NCBI RefSeq assembly: GCF_009914755.1 | Contig: NC_060939.1 | DNA: 64,000 nucleotides | Direction: 5' to 3' (one strand) | DNA from: the human T2T-CHM13v2.0 reference genome, Homo sapiens | Shown: positions 56,591-64,000 of the stretch, piece after piece | How positions within the stretch are numbered: position 1 is the first letter of the stretch | Layout: each line of letters begins with the position of its first letter | Notes under the pieces: generated by a model | Database searches by the model: none | Seen by the model: only the letters and a program-made list of their open reading frames with translations | What the model was told of the DNA's origin: nothing | Made by a program: the position numbers and the translations under genes

Positions 56591-56959
56591 TGATAACAAC
56601 CCTATGTTTAAAAACAGCTGGCCGGGTGCGGTGGCTCACACCTGTAATCCCAACACTTTGGGAGGCCAAGGCAGGTGGATCATGAGGTCAGGAGTTCAAG
56701 ATCAATCTGGCCAACATAGTGAAAGCCTGTCACTACTAAAAATACAAAAATTAGCCGGGTGTGGTGACGGGCACCTGCAAAGCTACTCAGGAGGCTAAGG
56801 CAGGAGAACTGCTTGAACCCGGGAGGCATCAGCAACCGTGCCTGGCCAGGAGCTTGATAGATTCTAACATGCAAATAAAAGAGCAAAGGGCCAAGAGTGG
56901 CCAAGACACTCTTGAAGAGTAAGGTGGGAGGATTTATTCTATCAACTATCTAGTCTTAT

Positions 56960-57897
<938 letters not shown>

Positions 57898-59058
57898 TTA
57901 TGACAAAGCTATAGTAATTACGATACTCTGGTATTGGTTCAAAATTAAACAAAATGATTGATAGAACAAATTAGAGGTCCTAGAAGCAGACCCACACATA
58001 TGCAAGCTTGATATGACAGAGGGGGCATTGGAGATCAGAGGGGAAAGGAATAGTCATTTAATGACTAGATCTGGGACTACTGATTATCAAATCAAAGTGA
58101 AAAATAAAACTGGGTCCCTATCTCACACCACATAAAGGTCCCTATCTCACATCACACAAAATTCTATAGATAATTAAAACTAAATTTAAAAAAATAATAT
58201 CTCCTAGAGAAGTTTTGTTTTTTTGTTTTTTGTTTTTTTTGTTTTTTTTGTTTTTTTTGTTTTTTGTTTTTTTTTTTTGATTAGAGGTGCCTGCCACCAC
58301 GCCCGGCTAATTTTTGTATTTTTAGTAGAGACGGTGTTTCACCATCTTGGCCAGGCTGGTCTCGAACTCCTGACCTTAAGTGATCTACCTACCTTGGCCT
58401 CCCAAAGTGCTGGGATTACAGGTGTGAGCCACCGCACCTGGCCTAATTTTTGTATGTGGACTATCATGTTCTTATAAAACTATGCTTTCCTTGGTGTTTT
58501 TATTAACCTCTTTATTTGAGAAAATGAAACATACTCTGTTACCTTTTTTGGTGATGATCATCTAGCTTCTTAATCTTAACTATTTGTTAACTGGAATCTA
58601 CTTTTTGTTTCAATGCATTTGCTGACCCTCTGGAATCCTGCTCAAATGAGGATCCATTATTTCCTAGGCTTTCTGCAAAGATAACATCCTGGAATTTCTT
58701 TTCATTGCATTCCTAGGTTGGGTCCTTTTTACTAGCTCACATGTTTCATTCTCTCCAATGTATATCCTTAAATTTTTTTTCAGAAAAATATGGAAGTGAA
58801 ATAAATGTGAGTTCTTGCATCTCTGAAATATCTATTTTACTCTTTCATGTATTTGTCTGGTATAGAATTATAGATTCAAACAACTTTCTGTTCCGACTTT
58901 GAAGGTACTGCTTCAATATCTTCTTGTGTACCTTTTTGCTGATGACAAAACAGATGCCAATCCAATTCTCATTCTTGTTTAGGTAACCTCTGTTTTCCTT
59001 CTCTGGAAACTTTTAGGCTCTTCCTTTAATCTTTATTATTCCAAAATCTTGAAGGATT

Positions 59059-59705
59059 TGTCATAGGCATTTGAACCAGAGCAACTCCATCTTGAATAGG
59101 TGCTGAGACCTACTGGGCTGCACTTCCAGGAGGTTATGCATTGTAAATCACAGGATGAGATAGGAGGTCAGCAAAGATACTGGTCATAAAGACCTTGCTG
59201 ATAAAACAGGTTGCAGGAAAGAAGCTGACTGAAACCCACCAAAACCAAGATGGTGACAAGTCACCTCTGGTCGTCCTCACGGTTCATTACACACTAATAA
59301 TACATTAGCACGCTTGGAGACACTCCCACCAGCACCATGACAGTTTACAAATATCATGCCAATGTCAGGGAGACCCTATATGGTCTAAAAGGGGGAGGAA
59401 CGCTTAGTTCCGGGAAACTAACTTTCTAAAGTTAGTTTTAGTACTTTCTAAAGTACTAAATTCCTTTCCTGGAAAACTTGTGAATAATCTACCCCTTGTT
59501 TAGCATATAATGAAGATGTAACTATAAGTATCCTTAGTGGGGCAGCCCAAGCTGCTGCTCTGCCTCTGGAGTAGCCAACTTTTATTCCTCTGCCTCTTAA
59601 AAAACTCACTTTCACTTTACTCTATGGACTGGTCCCGAATTCTTTCTTGTGCAAGATCCAAGAACCCATTCTTGGGGTCTGGATCGGGACTGCTTTCCGG
59701 TAACA
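59059..59705 (+). mobile_element. MER41 solo LTR (MER41B-like, two GAS motifs)
   Basis: tgtcataggcatttgaaccagagcaactccatcttgaatagg...ctttccggtaaca; TTCCGGGAA 59408-59416 and TTCCTGGAA 59466-59474. Confidence 0.85.
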
Positions 59706-60305
59706 GGTTTCTGTGTATGTATGTGTGTGTGTGTGTTTAAATTTGCTGTGTGTACAGATATGTGTGTATATATATGTGTTTAAAATTTACTGTGCTTGGT
59801 ACATTTTCAATATAAAAACATGTATCTCTAAGTTACCTGACTATTTGTTCTCCTAGTATTTCTTTGCTTCAATTTTTTTCCTGATTTTTTTTCTTAACTT
59901 CTATTAGGTAGTTAGTAGATATCCTAGGCTAACATAATTTTTTCCAATTATCTTTTGGGGAAGGATGTTTTTGTTTGTTATCCCAATACTATTAAATTTT
60001 TATTTTGACAATCGTTTTTAATTTCTAAGAGTTCTCTTATTTGCATTGTTCCTTTTCCATAGCAGCCTATTCTTGACTTATGATGCAATATCCTCAAATC
60101 TCTTCACAGATACTAATTTTTTTAGTATACATAGATACATAAATTTTTTTCCAAAGTTTTCTCTGTTTCTTGTATAAATTGTAATCCATGGGAACAGCTC
60201 TTTTTTCAATAACGCCCTTTTCTTACTTGCTGTTAGTTTTCTTCAAATGTCTAGTAAATCTGGGTTGAACATTTAAGAAGATTTGCATAAAAACAAAGGA
60301 CTAGG

Positions 60306-63902
<3,597 letters not shown>

Positions 63903-64000
63903 TTACATTATAATGATTATAATGAAGATAAAAAACTTCCTCAGAATTCCAATAGAAAAAATGAATCATTTAGAATTCAACTTTTACTAAATACATACAG

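Overview
Human (primate) genomic DNA, recognisable as the AP3B2 locus (15q25.2). Minus strand: AP3B2 coding exons 1-14 (codons 1-555 of the neuronal AP-3 beta-2 adaptin trunk; the gene continues off the left edge), with a CpG-island promoter near 35.5-36.5 kb and a RE1/REST-like site in intron 1. The 20-kb intron 1 holds an SRSF9 processed pseudogene in a four-level nest of retroelements and a ~6.0-kb two-LTR HERV-H provirus. Intron 4 holds a Tigger1 with both ends intact. Upstream lie a gamma-actin processed pseudogene (ACTG1P17-like), MER11, MER41, LTR9-like and MER51-like LTRs, L1 fragments and many Alus. Most ORF-track entries are Alu, L1 or antisense artefacts. The main find is absent from the ORF track as a whole: a spliced, disabled minus-strand gene at 36.7-40.0 kb, immediately upstream of AP3B2. 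It reconstructs to a ~170-aa LRAT/PLAAT (HRASLS)-type permuted NlpC/P60 enzyme. Its His-His-Cys triad is intact, it has two 18-nt micro-exons and PLAAT-like intron phases, it lacks a C-terminal membrane anchor, and it is broken by two stops and a frameshift. It is a candidate lost (unitary) phospholipase/acyltransferase gene. Coordinates were read by hand. Repeat subfamily names and database names come from memory, not from searches.
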